A stretch of DNA of 64,000 nucleotides, taken from the IMG/VR virus record IMGVR_UViG_3300017774_008765; one strand, given 5' to 3'. A program made the position numbers and the translations under genes. The notes below the pieces were generated by a model that was given only the letters and a program-made list of their open reading frames with translations, ran no database searches and was not told the origin of the DNA. Every line of letters begins with the position of its first letter. Position 1 is the first letter of the stretch. This DNA comes from an uncultured virus (IMG/VR IMGVR_UViG_3300017774_008765). Its lineage: Duplodnaviria; Heunggongvirae; Uroviricota; Caudoviricetes. Of this stretch, positions 27,136 to 38,900 are shown one piece after another.

Positions 27136-27391
27136 CCTCCCCGGGAGGTCTCTGACGCAGGATCAGGTCCGCGCCATCTGGACGGCGGTGTTGCAACGCG
27201 CCGTTGATGACTATCGCCAGGGAGCAGCCCGTCCCGATTCGGAAGCCGCCCGCTGGCACCAGGATGCCGCGGAGTGGATCTTCCTGCCCCGTAACGAATC
27301 GAATTTCGAGCAGGTATGCGAGCTGTTGAACCTCGACCCGGATGCCGTCCGGGATGGGTTAAGGAGGAAGTATGGCCCTCCTTCCCTCTGA
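27101..27391 (+). CDS. small conserved phage-type helical protein (start uncertain)
   Basis: WTAVLQRAVDDY...AAEWIF...FEQVCELLNLDPDAVR, a pattern recalled from phage hypothetical proteins. Confidence 0.55.
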   Translation: MSTCLVSPSSDDLPGRSLTQDQVRAIWTAVLQRAVDDYRQGAARPDSEAARWHQDAAEWIFLPRNESNFEQVCELLNLDPDAVRDGLRRKYGPPSL

Positions 27392-28742
27392 GAAACGCGC
27401 CGAACTCGCGGCGGCAGCCTCCTCTTCGACCCGCACCGCGCGTCCGGGAGAAGCGCTAACGGCCAGCTGGGAACGGACGCAAGGACAGGTCGCGCGCGCC
27501 CTGATGGGGGACACCGAGCTGGTCTACCACTTCGCGTACCTGGCCACAAACCGACTGAACGCGCAGGTGAGCGCGCTCCTCGACGCGCTCGTCCCGCTCA
27601 TGGAGGCGATCGAAGGGATGACGTTCCCCGACGCCGTGCTCCCCCAAGACACCCAGACCGCAGCAGAGGTGGACCGCGCGGCCGCGGTCGTTGCGCAGGT
27701 CGGTCCCACCGCGACGCGGGCGCTCACCGAGGCGCTGGAGCGCCGTGCGACGACCTCGTTGGCGCCCGCGGTGCGCTTGGGAAGCCGGGTAGGGGTGCGC
27801 GGCACGGAGGCACGCACGCGGTTTGGGTCCTCCCAGATCCCGTTCTTTCGCGCGTACGCACGTCTCCTGGCAGACCTGTCCTGGCTCCGTGACGCGACCT
27901 ACGACGGGCCCGACATCCAGCGCGCCGCCCTTGTTGCTCCCCTGGCGACGGCGCAGCAGGTCGCAGCGCAGGCGAAGCGGCCGACGGCGTCCGACGAGTG
28001 GGGACAGGTCGCAGCGGCGGCAGCGGCGCTGCGGGTCGTCGACCGCCCGACCGATCCTGCCTTCCGCGTGCGCATGGGCACCTCGCTGTTTCCCGAAGGG
28101 ATTGAACTTACCCCGGTGGGTACGGGCGCCTTCACGGCCGTACGCATTACGCCGTGGACCGCTGCGGGCGTCGGGATCCGCGTGGACGACGTGGTTCGGC
28201 AGGGCATGGAGACGACCCGCGTGATTGCCGTGGAGAGCAGCACGGTGACCTTCGCGGAGGCCCTTTCGCTGCCGCTCAATGAGCTGGAGATCGCCTCGCC
28301 CCTTCACGCCGGCTACGCCTCCCTGCAAGCGGATGTGGATGCCTTGCTACGGCAGTTGCCCATGCCCGACCAGGTGGGCGCGCTGCTTGCGGGAGACATT
28401 GCCTCCGCGGCCGACAGCCGCCGATGCAACACGCTTCTTGGCGACATCGCACGCCTGCTGAAGGCGCTTCCGGCGGACGCACAGGCCGTGCTTCTCCGTC
28501 AGGGGGCGGAGATCCCCGCGGCCGCCCCGGTCACGGTGAGCGCCCTCCTGACGGGGTACGCGCCGGCGACCCGCAAGGAGACACGTACGACGGCCCGTGC
28601 GCTGCTCGACGCGTTGGAGCTCGCGGGGTTTAATGGCGCGGTGGCGTTCGTACTCCAGAACCGGATCGGCGAGCTGTGCTCCCTTCCAGCGGACCAGGCC
28701 CGCGCCTCCGAGAACCTGCTCGCGTACGCAAAGAGGGTGTAG
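27372..28742 (+). CDS. hypothetical, probably structural protein (456 aa)
   Basis: AGGAGG RBS, located in the baseplate cluster. Confidence 0.65.
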   Translation: MALLPSEKRAELAAAASSSTRTARPGEALTASWERTQGQVARALMGDTELVYHFAYLATNRLNAQVSALLDALVPLMEAIEGMTFPDAVLPQDTQTAAEVDRAAAVVAQVGPTATRALTEALERRATTSLAPAVRLGSRVGVRGTEARTRFGSSQIPFFRAYARLLADLSWLRDATYDGPDIQRAALVAPLATAQQVAAQAKRPTASDEWGQVAAAAAALRVVDRPTDPAFRVRMGTSLFPEGIELTPVGTGAFTAVRITPWTAAGVGIRVDDVVRQGMETTRVIAVESSTVTFAEALSLPLNELEIASPLHAGYASLQADVDALLRQLPMPDQVGALLAGDIASAADSRRCNTLLGDIARLLKALPADAQAVLLRQGAEIPAAAPVTVSALLTGYAPATRKETRTTARALLDALELAGFNGAVAFVLQNRIGELCSLPADQARASENLLAYAKRV

Positions 28743-28744
28743 GG

Positions 28745-29014
28745 ATGCAACACGAGTACCTCTACCTCGAGACGCTCCTCACGGAGCTGGGCGCCATGGA
28801 TCCCGAGTCGGTTGCGGGATCTGCGGTCGGACGGCTTTCCAGTGCCCTCCAGTCGATCGACAGCCGTCCGGTGAACCCCCTGACGGAAGAACCGGAAGAC
28901 ATAACGGCCTACGGAACCGGGGAACTCCAACGCCTGGTCCAGATTCGACAGGTCTTATTCGGGGACGGCGCCACGCCGGGTCTGTTCGAAACTCTACAGA
29001 AGAGAGTAGGATAA
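28745..29014 (+). CDS. hypothetical protein (89 aa)
   Basis: ATG 2 nt after the upstream stop. Fills the gap. Confidence 0.55.
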   Translation: MQHEYLYLETLLTELGAMDPESVAGSAVGRLSSALQSIDSRPVNPLTEEPEDITAYGTGELQRLVQIRQVLFGDGATPGLFETLQKRVG

Positions 29015-29020
29015 CCGGCG

Positions 29021-29665
29021 ATGCAGGATCTCCAGATCATCGCGTACGAGGGCATCGCTCCCTTGCGCAGCGCCGACCTCCAGGTCGAGGACGTCCCGTA
29101 CCTGGATATTCAGGGCGAGGGGTTCGACACGGTCACGGCGGTGCTTATCAACGGGATGGCGTCCCCGACGTACGCAGTTCTGTCCGCGACGCGCCTGATC
29201 GCCGAACTTCCGTTCGATCTGCGTTACGACCTCATCAACCGCATCGAAGTGCGCCTGTCGCGCACCGACCTGGTGGAAGAGACGGGGGTCCGCCTGGACC
29301 TGACCAGCGGCGCGGCCCCCGCCGAGGGATTGGTACGCCTGGTCCAGTCGTTTATCAAGCACCTGCTGACCACGCCGGGACGGGACATTTTTATGCCGGA
29401 GAGCGGAGGGGGACTCCTGGCCCTGGCCGGGACCAGCCTTCCGGAGACGACTCTCCGCAGCGAGATCGCGCTGTGCGTCAGCCGTACGACCGAACAGCTG
29501 ATCGGGTTTCAGGCACGCGCGGGAGGGCAGCTTCCTCGCGAGGAACGGCTGGTCTCCGCTACGCTTCTTTCTCTTGAGATCGACCGCGCGCAGGCCCGTG
29601 CCTCCGTTCGGGTGCGTCTCGTCAACGCGGCGAACCAGCCCGCGGAAGCAGGAGTGACGATTTAA
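29021..29665 (+). CDS. baseplate wedge gp25/GpW-like protein with N-terminal IPT/TIG-like strands
   Basis: LDIQGEGFD...VLING, LVQSFIKHLLTTPGRDIF...GGGL and EERLVSATL. Immediately before the baseplate J-like gene. Confidence 0.7.
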   Translation: MQDLQIIAYEGIAPLRSADLQVEDVPYLDIQGEGFDTVTAVLINGMASPTYAVLSATRLIAELPFDLRYDLINRIEVRLSRTDLVEETGVRLDLTSGAAPAEGLVRLVQSFIKHLLTTPGRDIFMPESGGGLLALAGTSLPETTLRSEIALCVSRTTEQLIGFQARAGGQLPREERLVSATLLSLEIDRAQARASVRVRLVNAANQPAEAGVTI

Positions 29666-32600
29666 TGGCCACCCAGAACGACCGGATCCGTATTCTCCTG
29701 ACGGAAGCCCTCGCGCGCTACGACACGACCGCCGCGGTGACCCCGGGAAGCCGCGCGTACGAGACGATCGTGGGCCCCGTCATGACGGCGCTGGGGGTGG
29801 ACCCGATCGACACCGACATCGAGGCGTTCCTCAAGACGCGCCTGCGGCAGGAGTACCCGACGCTCGCGGTGGAGGACGGAGACGCCCTCGTCGACCTGAT
29901 GATCCGCCCTCTCCAGCTCCTGCTCGAGGCGTTCAAGCGCGAGCTGGAGTTGGTCCGCATCGGGCAGTCGCTTGAGAACGTCAATGCCATGCGTGGCGAG
30001 GACGTGGACGCTCTGGCCGCCAACTTCTTCGTCGCCCGCCGGTTGGGGACGCAGGCCTCGGGGACGGTGCGGATCTACTACAGCAACCCCACCTACGTGG
30101 TGATCACGCCGTCCACGCAGTTCACCACGCTCTCCGGCCTGGTGTTCTCGTCCCCCGCGGTCCAGCAGATCACCGCGGACCGCATGGCGTTGCAACGCTC
30201 GGGCGCGTACTACTACCTCGACGTGTCCGTCCGCGCGGCGGCGGCGGGAGCCCAGTACAACATCGGCGAGGGGGAGATCGTCCGGATCACCAACCTCACC
30301 GGGTTCGTGCGCGTCACGAACCTCGCGGCGTTCCTCAACGGGGTGGATACCGAGACCAGCGCCGCCTTGGCGGCGCGGACCCGGACCGCCCTCACCGAAC
30401 GCAGTCTCAATACGCGACGCGGCATCGAGGCGCGCATCAACGAGCTGTTCCCAGCGGTGAGCGCCATCGAGGTCGTCGGCTACGGCGATCCCGAGATGGA
30501 CCGCGACGTGCTGACCGGCACGTCCGACGGAAAGGTGGTCGCCAGCGGCACCTGCTTCCTCGTGGGCTCTTTCTGCTTGATGCTCTCGCAGTACGAGAAC
30601 CGCGGCAGCGCCGGCCGGACGCAGATCGCCGTCGGGGACGTGGTGGGTCTCAACTACTGGAACCTGCTCTACGACCTTCCCGAGGAGGAGCGCAACGAGG
30701 ACATCGCCATCGCGGACATCGTCTTCGACTCGCGCGACACGCTCTCTGCCCTGCCGTCCATCCTCCTGTTCCGCTTGGAGCGCCCGCCGGCGCCGGTACG
30801 CAGTCGTCTGGGGACGCTTCCCGGAACCTTGCCGGGGGTGTTCTGCGTCGTCAAGTCGCAGGCCTCCCTGACGATCAGCGGCATGCCCGGCGGGATTCTT
30901 GATCCCGACACGGCCCGCGGCACGGTGGAGCTGGTGTCGGACGAAGTCCACATCGGCGGGCACTACGACGTGTGGGTACGTGCCAGTAGCCCGACGGAGA
31001 CGACCCAGACCCTGGGCCCTCTGGCCACCGAGAGTGCCGTTCTCGAGAACACGACCCTGTCGACGTTTGGCGCAGAGACCGCAGGGCGCAACCGGGTGTC
31101 CTGCGCCTACGCGCTCCACATCTCGGGACTGACCGCCGCGCTGACGCTGGGCGCCGCGTTCACGGGGCAGACGTCCGGTGCCACCGCCATCCTCGCGGGC
31201 GCGACGATGCGGGGCACGCGGGGGACGCTCATCCTGCGCTCCGTCGTCGGTACGTTCACGAACGGGGAGCAGGTCGTTCACGACACAGCACCGTCCGTCT
31301 CGTTCACCGTCGACACGCAGGCCGGGACGTTCGCGACCGCGGGGGTGCGAGTAGGCATGGTGCTTCAGGTCCTCTCGGGAACCGACGCCGGGACCTACCG
31401 CATCCTTGCCGTGGACGCGGAGGGGGTCGTCTACCTCGACACCGAGCTCACCGCGACGGAGTCCGATCTCCACTTCCGGGTCATCGACGAGGTGACGCTG
31501 GACGCCTTCGCGGCCAAGGCCTTGAAGTTCCCGTTCGGCGCCGAGGCGACGGCCACGCTCCGTACCATCGTAGGCAGCGACCGCGTCTACGCCGGCGTGG
31601 ACTTGGCGTCCTACGGCGTGGTCAGCGGGGACACGCTCGAGATCCTGGAAGGACCCGATCAGGGTCTCTACGCGATCCGGGGTTTTGATCCGGTCCTCGG
31701 CAGTGTGGCCCCGCTTCTGGCGCTGTCGCTGTCGTCCACGAACTCGGGTGTCCCCTTCCGCATCTACCGTGCGCAGTCCTCTCTCCAGCGCCCCCTGGTG
31801 CGCATCCAGCCGGACGGCGTGCGCCTGCTCGACAGCGCGTCGCAGAACACGGGAATCCAAGTCCCCTACGCGCTCCCGGTCGGCGCGTTCGCGCAGGGGG
31901 CCTTCTCGCACGCGACCCCGCTGGCGGAGGGGATGAACGGGTTCGTCCTGCCCGATCCCGGCCCGACGTGGGCACCGAGCGCAGACCTGGTGGCCTCCCG
32001 CGCGGAGTTCCCGGACGCGATCGACGTCTTCTCCGATGAGTACCTGCCGAAAGACGGGGTCATCGTCTGTGCGACCCTGCTCTCGAACGGCACCTTCTAC
32101 CTCAACGGGAACTTCCCGCCGCAGGTCCAGGCATTCTACCAGCAGCTTCAGACGTGGCTCCTCAACGTCGCCGACCAGTTCGAGATGGGCCCGGACGTGA
32201 AGGCCTTCTTCAACGGACTGGTTCCGCTCAAGTTCGGCGCCCCAGCGAACGTGCTCGAGTTCATCGGCAACGGGACCTACGCCGTCGGCGAGACCGTTGA
32301 GATCTACAACACCGCCACCGAGCTGGTCGGGACGGCGACCATTGCCTCGGCGGAGATCCTCCTCGACGTCCTTTCCACCGCGGGAATCTCCGACGGAGAT
32401 ACTGTCGTGTGTGCGGCGACGGGCGCCACGGCGACGGTCCGCGTGTACGCCACCGGTGTCCTGCTCCTGTCGAACCACACCGGCGTATTCTCCATCGGGG
32501 ATACGATCAGCAACGGCACCACGACGCTGATCGTGAACGAGGTCCGGGGCCAGCTGACGCTCTCCGAAGCGACGCTGCCTTTGGAATCCGGGCAGACGCT

Positions 32601-35600
32601 GCGTGGCAGCGCGGGCGCGGAAGCGGAGATCGACGTGATGGCGTCGACCGTTCTCCAGTTCGAGCTCTGCCTTCCCTACGAGATGTTCGACGGGTGCAAC
32701 AACGTCTTCCTCACGCTGCCCGAGTTCGACTGGGAAGTGCTGCTGGACAGCGCCGACAGCTTCGCGGATGCCGTCGGTCTGTATGCCACCGGCCAGCTCG
32801 CCGGGCCGCCGCCCGCGCTCGCGCAGGCCAAGCCGGGCGATGCCCTCACCCTGTCCACCGGCGCGAACGCCGGGGACTACACCATCCACCGCGTCCTGCA
32901 CTACCGGCTCGGGACCGCCGCGGCGATCCTTGGCGGCGAGGCCTCGTACGCGCGGTGTTACCCCGTGGTCGCGGCGGTGATCGACGGCGAGTTCCCGGTG
33001 GCCCCCTTCGGCGGGATGGAGGAGTTCTTCTCTGCCGGCGTCCCCGACCTCGCACGCTTGCCGTCCGCGCCGGACTTCCCTGGCGTGTCCTACGACGCCA
33101 CCGGCGTCGCACAGAGCCCGTGGGAGTGGGTCGGCCTGTTCCTCGACTGGCTCCTGCGCGTCCTCAACGAGCTCGGGTTTGACCTACCGGAGGAGCTCGA
33201 CCTCGATCCGGCCGAGACCCTGCGCGCGCTGTGGTCGCTCCTGTTCACCGAGTACACCGTGGGCCGACGGACCGCCGAGCAGACGCTCCGCACCTACTTC
33301 CTCGAGCCCACGACCGTCGAGGTCTACGCTCCGCGGCCCTGCTTCTCGTTCCTCGACGAGACGCTGGTGCTCACGCCCGCCACGGCGACCGTGACGCCGA
33401 CGCTCCCGATTACGGGCCTGGTGGGTGCGACCGCGCGCTTAGTCGTCCGTGGCCTCCGCGGTACGCAGGAGCTCGAGGCCGTCCTCCCCGACACCGCCGG
33501 GTCCGCGCTCCTCAACGTGGCCGGGCTCGGCGCGATCTTCCAAGAAGCGTTGGACCCCGACGAGACGTACGTCCTGTTTTCCGCCATCGACACCGAGCTG
33601 GTCCTCACGACGGTGGAGACCGGGCATGACGTCCGCCTGCACCTCGATGCGACCGATCCGACCGGGGCCTTCGCCCTGCTCGGCTTCGTCGACGGGATGA
33701 CCACCTCGGCGGGCACGACCGCGTCGGGCGGAACCGCCCTCCGCACGGTCGTGACCCCGCCGGCGGCCTCGGTGTTCGTGCTGCCCGAGGGCGCGGAGAC
33801 CGTGCCGTTCGTCCCGGCGGAGCGGGTCGCGCCGCTGCGCGTTGTTCCCGTCCCGGTCCCGAACGAGGAAGATCCGCCCGCCCTGCCCCGGGACGCGCGG
33901 ATCACCACCGTTGACTACGCGGGGCAGGCGACCCTCCAAGTGTCCTTCTCCGACGAGAGCTACGACGCCCCGCTGGTCGACGGTGTGCGCGCGGGAGATC
34001 TGCTCCGCGTCTATGAGCAGCGCCAGCTGCTGCTCGCCGTTGCACCCGCGCACCTCGATGCGGTGGACGAGCGGATGCCCGCCGTCCAGACCACGGTCGG
34101 CTCCGCGCTGGTGCGGCTGCCGTCCACCTCGACCCCCGCCTTCACCTTCTGGGCGCCGGAGATGACGTACCGCGACGAGGGCGCGCCGGATCCCCTGCTC
34201 GACCGGGTGCACGTCGGCGACCTTCTGTACCTCGAGGAAGGGGACGACGCGGGAACGTACCGGGTGGTGGGGCGCCCCTCGGCGACCGAGCTTCTGCTCG
34301 ACCGTCCGCTGACCGCGTCCAGCGGCACCGTCTACGCGTCCGACAACACCGGGACGATCCTCGCCGACACGCAGACGTTCACCGTCTCGACCGCGGACGC
34401 CCGCGGGCCGTTCTACGCGGCGCCGCTCGGCGGCGGGAGCTGGGTCGGGAAGTACCTGACCCTGTGGGCCTCCGGGTACCGCGGCGTGAACGGAAGCTAC
34501 GCCATCACCGCGGTGTCCACCGACGGCAAGACGCTCACGGTCGCCAGTACGGACCCTTTCCCGGTGGACGAGGGCGCCCTTCACTGGGCCGTCGTTCGGG
34601 CGCCCGCGAGCACGCCGTCCGCCTCGGCGCTCGAGGGGCTGACGGAGCTCGTCGGGGTGCGCCCCTTCCGCGTGTACAACGGGCGAGGGAAGGAGTGGCC
34701 GATCGCGGCGGTGAGCACGTCCAGCGAGCGGCTGACCGCCACGCTGCGCCTCTCCATCGAGGGGCCCGTGCTGCACGAGGGGATGCCCGACGTCGACGAA
34801 CTGGGACCGCGGCCGCCGCGGCCGGGACGGCAGTTTCCCTACGCCGTCGTGCGGCCCGGGGTGCAGCGGATCACGGCGACGCAGATGCAGACCCAGCGGG
34901 ACAGCGGGTTCTACTACTTCGACCTGCGCGCGCGTTCGCGCGGCGGCACGGCGGCCGCCAACATTCCGGCGGGCGCACGGCTCGAGCCGGTGTTCGGGAC
35001 CTACCGCAGCGACGGCTACCGCTACGAGGTGGTCGACGCGAAGTTCTCGTTCTCCCCGTACGAGCAGCTGCGCCTGGTGTTCACCCCCACGATCCTGCCC
35101 ATCGGGGCCACGGACCGGGAGAGCAACCGCATCCCGCTCGTCGGCCGCTCTCTCCAGGTCACCGGCGAGGTCGCCCCCGTCGTCGCGCAGGTCCAGCGCC
35201 TGCTCATGTCGGAGACGGATCGCGTCCTGTGCGCCAACCCGCTCGCACGGCACTTTCTCCCCGGGTACGTCTCCCTCGCGGCCGCCTACGAGGGCGGGGA
35301 CACCCCGGACGAGATCGTGAAGGAGCTCCAAGCGTACATCGCGGCGCTCCGGCCTACCGAGATGCTGGACGTCTCCCAAATGGAGCGGTTCTTCCACCAG
35401 GGCGGCGCGCTCCGCTACGACCACCCCATCTTCGTGTTCCTGTTGGTCCACGACCGGGATCGTCGTTTGGTGCTGTCCCGGTCGGATACCCGCTTGGGGG
35501 GCGTGATCGACTACAACGGAAGCAACCGGATCACGGCGTTCCTTCCGGGAGAAGATCGGAGCGGAAACGTGAGCCCGCCGCCGGGGGAGCTCATCGACCT

Positions 35601-35634
35601 CCGCCGCGGAGTACCTACGACTTCCCTTCGGTGA
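29665..35634 (+). CDS. giant baseplate J/gp6-like wedge protein (1989 aa)
   Basis: Baseplate-J N-terminal motifs (LAANFFVARRLGTQASGTVRIY, AGAQYNIGEGEI, FLNGVDTET) followed by many beta-repeat modules. Confidence 0.8.
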   Translation: MATQNDRIRILLTEALARYDTTAAVTPGSRAYETIVGPVMTALGVDPIDTDIEAFLKTRLRQEYPTLAVEDGDALVDLMIRPLQLLLEAFKRELELVRIGQSLENVNAMRGEDVDALAANFFVARRLGTQASGTVRIYYSNPTYVVITPSTQFTTLSGLVFSSPAVQQITADRMALQRSGAYYYLDVSVRAAAAGAQYNIGEGEIVRITNLTGFVRVTNLAAFLNGVDTETSAALAARTRTALTERSLNTRRGIEARINELFPAVSAIEVVGYGDPEMDRDVLTGTSDGKVVASGTCFLVGSFCLMLSQYENRGSAGRTQIAVGDVVGLNYWNLLYDLPEEERNEDIAIADIVFDSRDTLSALPSILLFRLERPPAPVRSRLGTLPGTLPGVFCVVKSQASLTISGMPGGILDPDTARGTVELVSDEVHIGGHYDVWVRASSPTETTQTLGPLATESAVLENTTLSTFGAETAGRNRVSCAYALHISGLTAALTLGAAFTGQTSGATAILAGATMRGTRGTLILRSVVGTFTNGEQVVHDTAPSVSFTVDTQAGTFATAGVRVGMVLQVLSGTDAGTYRILAVDAEGVVYLDTELTATESDLHFRVIDEVTLDAFAAKALKFPFGAEATATLRTIVGSDRVYAGVDLASYGVVSGDTLEILEGPDQGLYAIRGFDPVLGSVAPLLALSLSSTNSGVPFRIYRAQSSLQRPLVRIQPDGVRLLDSASQNTGIQVPYALPVGAFAQGAFSHATPLAEGMNGFVLPDPGPTWAPSADLVASRAEFPDAIDVFSDEYLPKDGVIVCATLLSNGTFYLNGNFPPQVQAFYQQLQTWLLNVADQFEMGPDVKAFFNGLVPLKFGAPANVLEFIGNGTYAVGETVEIYNTATELVGTATIASAEILLDVLSTAGISDGDTVVCAATGATATVRVYATGVLLLSNHTGVFSIGDTISNGTTTLIVNEVRGQLTLSEATLPLESGQTLRGSAGAEAEIDVMASTVLQFELCLPYEMFDGCNNVFLTLPEFDWEVLLDSADSFADAVGLYATGQLAGPPPALAQAKPGDALTLSTGANAGDYTIHRVLHYRLGTAAAILGGEASYARCYPVVAAVIDGEFPVAPFGGMEEFFSAGVPDLARLPSAPDFPGVSYDATGVAQSPWEWVGLFLDWLLRVLNELGFDLPEELDLDPAETLRALWSLLFTEYTVGRRTAEQTLRTYFLEPTTVEVYAPRPCFSFLDETLVLTPATATVTPTLPITGLVGATARLVVRGLRGTQELEAVLPDTAGSALLNVAGLGAIFQEALDPDETYVLFSAIDTELVLTTVETGHDVRLHLDATDPTGAFALLGFVDGMTTSAGTTASGGTALRTVVTPPAASVFVLPEGAETVPFVPAERVAPLRVVPVPVPNEEDPPALPRDARITTVDYAGQATLQVSFSDESYDAPLVDGVRAGDLLRVYEQRQLLLAVAPAHLDAVDERMPAVQTTVGSALVRLPSTSTPAFTFWAPEMTYRDEGAPDPLLDRVHVGDLLYLEEGDDAGTYRVVGRPSATELLLDRPLTASSGTVYASDNTGTILADTQTFTVSTADARGPFYAAPLGGGSWVGKYLTLWASGYRGVNGSYAITAVSTDGKTLTVASTDPFPVDEGALHWAVVRAPASTPSASALEGLTELVGVRPFRVYNGRGKEWPIAAVSTSSERLTATLRLSIEGPVLHEGMPDVDELGPRPPRPGRQFPYAVVRPGVQRITATQMQTQRDSGFYYFDLRARSRGGTAAANIPAGARLEPVFGTYRSDGYRYEVVDAKFSFSPYEQLRLVFTPTILPIGATDRESNRIPLVGRSLQVTGEVAPVVAQVQRLLMSETDRVLCANPLARHFLPGYVSLAAAYEGGDTPDEIVKELQAYIAALRPTEMLDVSQMERFFHQGGALRYDHPIFVFLLVHDRDRRLVLSRSDTRLGGVIDYNGSNRITAFLPGEDRSGNVSPPPGELIDLRRGVPTTSLR

Positions 35635-35860
35635 ACGCGCAGCCCGGACACGCCCCGATGAAGCGCATCTGCGTTCCCACGAACAGCAGGCGGGGGTCGG
35701 GGTGGGGCCGCGGCTCGAGGCCCATCGAGCAGCGCGGACAGGTGCGCGTGCGGACCTCCGCGCGTGCCGCCTCGTTGGCCTTCTCGATCGCGGGCATGCA
35801 ACTCGGTCGGTCCGCAAGAATCTTGGCGATCTCTTCCGCAGAAAGGCCGTCGTTCTGCAT
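35615..35860 (-). CDS. small zinc-ribbon protein (81 aa), antisense within the baseplate cluster
   Basis: GAGGTG RBS before ATG 35860, CPRC...CPGC. Fills the gap between the two wedge genes. Confidence 0.65.
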   Translation of the reverse strand: MQNDGLSAEEIAKILADRPSCMPAIEKANEAARAEVRTRTCPRCSMGLEPRPHPDPRLLFVGTQMRFIGACPGCAFTEGKS

Positions 35861-35904
35861 AAACACCTCGCCGCGATAGTAATCTTCTCTGCCGGAGGTC
35901 GGTA

Positions 35905-38900
35905 ATGCCCGTTGCTCGTCTCGCACCCGCTATCACCTACGCGGTGGCTGGCAGCATCGTGCGCCTCAACGGCAGTGCGTCCTCCAGTGACGTGGGCGCG
36001 TTGGCGTATTCCTGGTCGTTCAGCGCCGTTCCGCTGGGCAGCCTCCTCCTCGGAAGCACGATCACCTCCTCCTCGGATGGGGAGATCGCCACGTTCGAGC
36101 CGGATCGTACCGGCATCTACACCATCGTCCTGTCTGTCGAAGACGCCGAGGGGACGGACGCGGTTTCGGCCGAGGTTGACGTCCAGCCGGTGGACCGCCC
36201 CGTGGGCGTGCCCACGACGCCTGACGGGACGTTCATGTTCCGCGTGCTGTCGGACTTCTGGCAGCAGGTCGAGAACCGGCAGGCCTTCCCGCTGTACTGG
36301 TCGGGCCTCCACCAGATCCTCGGTGCGGACTTCCTGCGGCTCTACCAACAGGACGACGCCAAGTCGATCGCGACCATCCAACGCCTAATCGAACGGCGAT
36401 GGTTGAACTACTCGCCCTTCCTGTCCCTCGGGCAGGAGAGCTTCACGGCGCTGCTGGGTCCCTCGCAGAGCGGCACGACCGCGCTCACCGGGAAGCAGCT
36501 CAACCGAGGGTACGCCGTCGCACTCTCGGCGACGGAGGTGCAGCTGCTGCGGGGAACGGTGTCCGATACCGCCGTGGGCGTCACCCTGAGCATCGTCGGC
36601 TCGGCGACCAACGACGGGGACTACACCATCCGCGCGGTGTCTCCCGGGCGCGCCGGCTACCGGCTCCTGTCCAGCACGCCGCTCCCCGATCCGGCCGCCA
36701 CCGTGGTGTGCGCGGGGTCCGACCTCGTCCTGATCGCCGGGGACCGCGTCGTGAGCTCGGCGACGGACTTCGCCGCCGCGGCGGTGACGGAGGGGATGGC
36801 GCTTCGCTTGGACACCGCCCGGGTGGCCGAGACCTACCTCGTGACCGCGGTGGACGGCACGCGCCTCCAGCTGGACCGTCCGTTGCCGCGCACCTTGTCG
36901 CGCGTGGCCTACCGGGTCCTCTCCCTGCTCGCGGTCAACGTCGCCTTTCCGACGAGCGCCTACACGGAGACGGTGTACCTCCCGGAGACGGAGGCGGACC
37001 TCTCGGTCTTCCAGGCCGCGGAAAGCACGGGAACCGGCACTCTCGTCGGACGGTACGAGATTCTTGTGGCGCGGCGCCATGTGCTCGCCGCGATGGTTGG
37101 GCAGACGCTCGAGCTCCGCTCGGGGCCCAACAGCGGACTGCGGACCACCATCGCGGCGCTCAACAGTGCGGGCACCGGCTTCTACGTGACCGACGCCTTC
37201 GGGGGTACGCTGCCACAAGACGCGCGGTACTACGTCGCCCCCTTCGTGGACGTGACCGCCCGTCTTCTCGTGTTGGACGGGCAGGCCTATCCGATCCGCC
37301 GCGCGGTGCTGGACACCTCCAGCCCTGAAGTCATCTCGGGAGGCCTCGGGCCGCTGTGGGTGCTCACGCTCCCGCCCGCGAGCGTACCGGCGGAGCGCTC
37401 TGCGCTGACGTGGCGGATCGGCCCGGTGCTTACGGTCCCGGGGCGCACCTTTCCCGCGGCCGGGGTCACGGCGGGGGACGTGTTGTACGCCGAGATCCGT
37501 CTGCTGGACGCCAATCGGACCGCGGAGGTCGCCCTCTCGGTGATGGGGGTGTACGACGACCGCATCGCTTTTGAGGTGGGTACGTCCGTCGAGGACGGGC
37601 AGCCGGGCGCGCTCACCGACGCGCAGATCTCCCAGCTGTGCGCGGCCCTCGAGATCCGTACGGCCGAGAATGACCTGTACACCGGCGCGCTGGTCCTCTC
37701 AGGGACCGCGGCCCGACTGGCAGCGGCCTACACGGGGAGCGCCTTCCGGGTGGTGAGCGAGAACGTGCCGTTCGAGGCCGGCACCCCGTTCTCGCTTAGC
37801 GGAGTCCGGGCTACCGTGCGGCCGACGGGCATCCTGCGCAACCGGCGCGTCGCGGTCGATGCCACGCTGCGCACGGCGCCGGCGCTGTTCGAGTACATTC
37901 AGGATCCCCGCGTCGAGGAGACGGAGGACGGACAGATCCTCCAGATCCCGACCAGCCAGGTTCCCGTCCGGCTGGAACGCCCGCCCCTCGTCCTCCGAGA
38001 GAACCGGGACTTCACGATCGGGGCGGAAGACGAGGTCCAGGGGGACGACGCGGTGCTCGTCGCCGAGGACGCCACGGTCCTCTTGCCGGGCGCGTCGCTC
38101 ACCACGCGCGACGTCCGCGCCGGAGACCTGCTGGAGATCCTCGATGGGGTCGCGGCGGGGACCTACATCCTCCGGGACGTGGTGTCTTCGGAGAGCGTGC
38201 GGGTGCGCCGCGACGACGGCGCTCTGCCGGCCACCAGCGACGCCTCCGCGCGCTACCGCATCGTGCGGCAGCAGGAAGGGACCTTCCTCCGCTTCGCCGA
38301 GGGGCTGTTCACCGCCGCGTACCCCGCGCCGCGGTCCCTGTGGGCGGAGTCGAGCTTTTACGACAACAACCCGCGGATCGAGGCCAACTTCGGCACGCTC
38401 GTCGGGCTGACGGAGGAGCAGTTCGACGCGTACGGAACCGAGCAGACGAGCTACCGCGGAGCCGTGCTGGGGCTCATGTACGCCTGGGCGCACGGCCCCA
38501 CGCTGGCAAACGTCGAGCTCGGCGCGCACCTCCTGCTGGGGCTGCCCGTCACCGAGGCGCCCTCCCGCATCGTTCGGGTCGACGACGCCTACAGCGCCGA
38601 CTACGGTCAGGTCGTCGTCGAAGGGGTGGACGAGACGGGGACGCCGACGGGTCTCCGGCGCGCCTACACCTACGCGCTTCCCGACTACGCCGCCACCGGG
38701 ATGGGCGGGATCGAGACGAACCCGGAGACGGGGCAGCCCTACGCGATGGGAGACACGCTCCCGGCGCTGCGCCCGCTGGCGAAGGCGATCACGCTCGCCG
38801 ACTACGTGGCCGACCCGGATTGGTGGCTCACTTACGGCGCCCTGCGCGGCGAGGAGGTGAAGAAGTACCACACGTGGCAGGTGGACGTAGACCTGTTCCA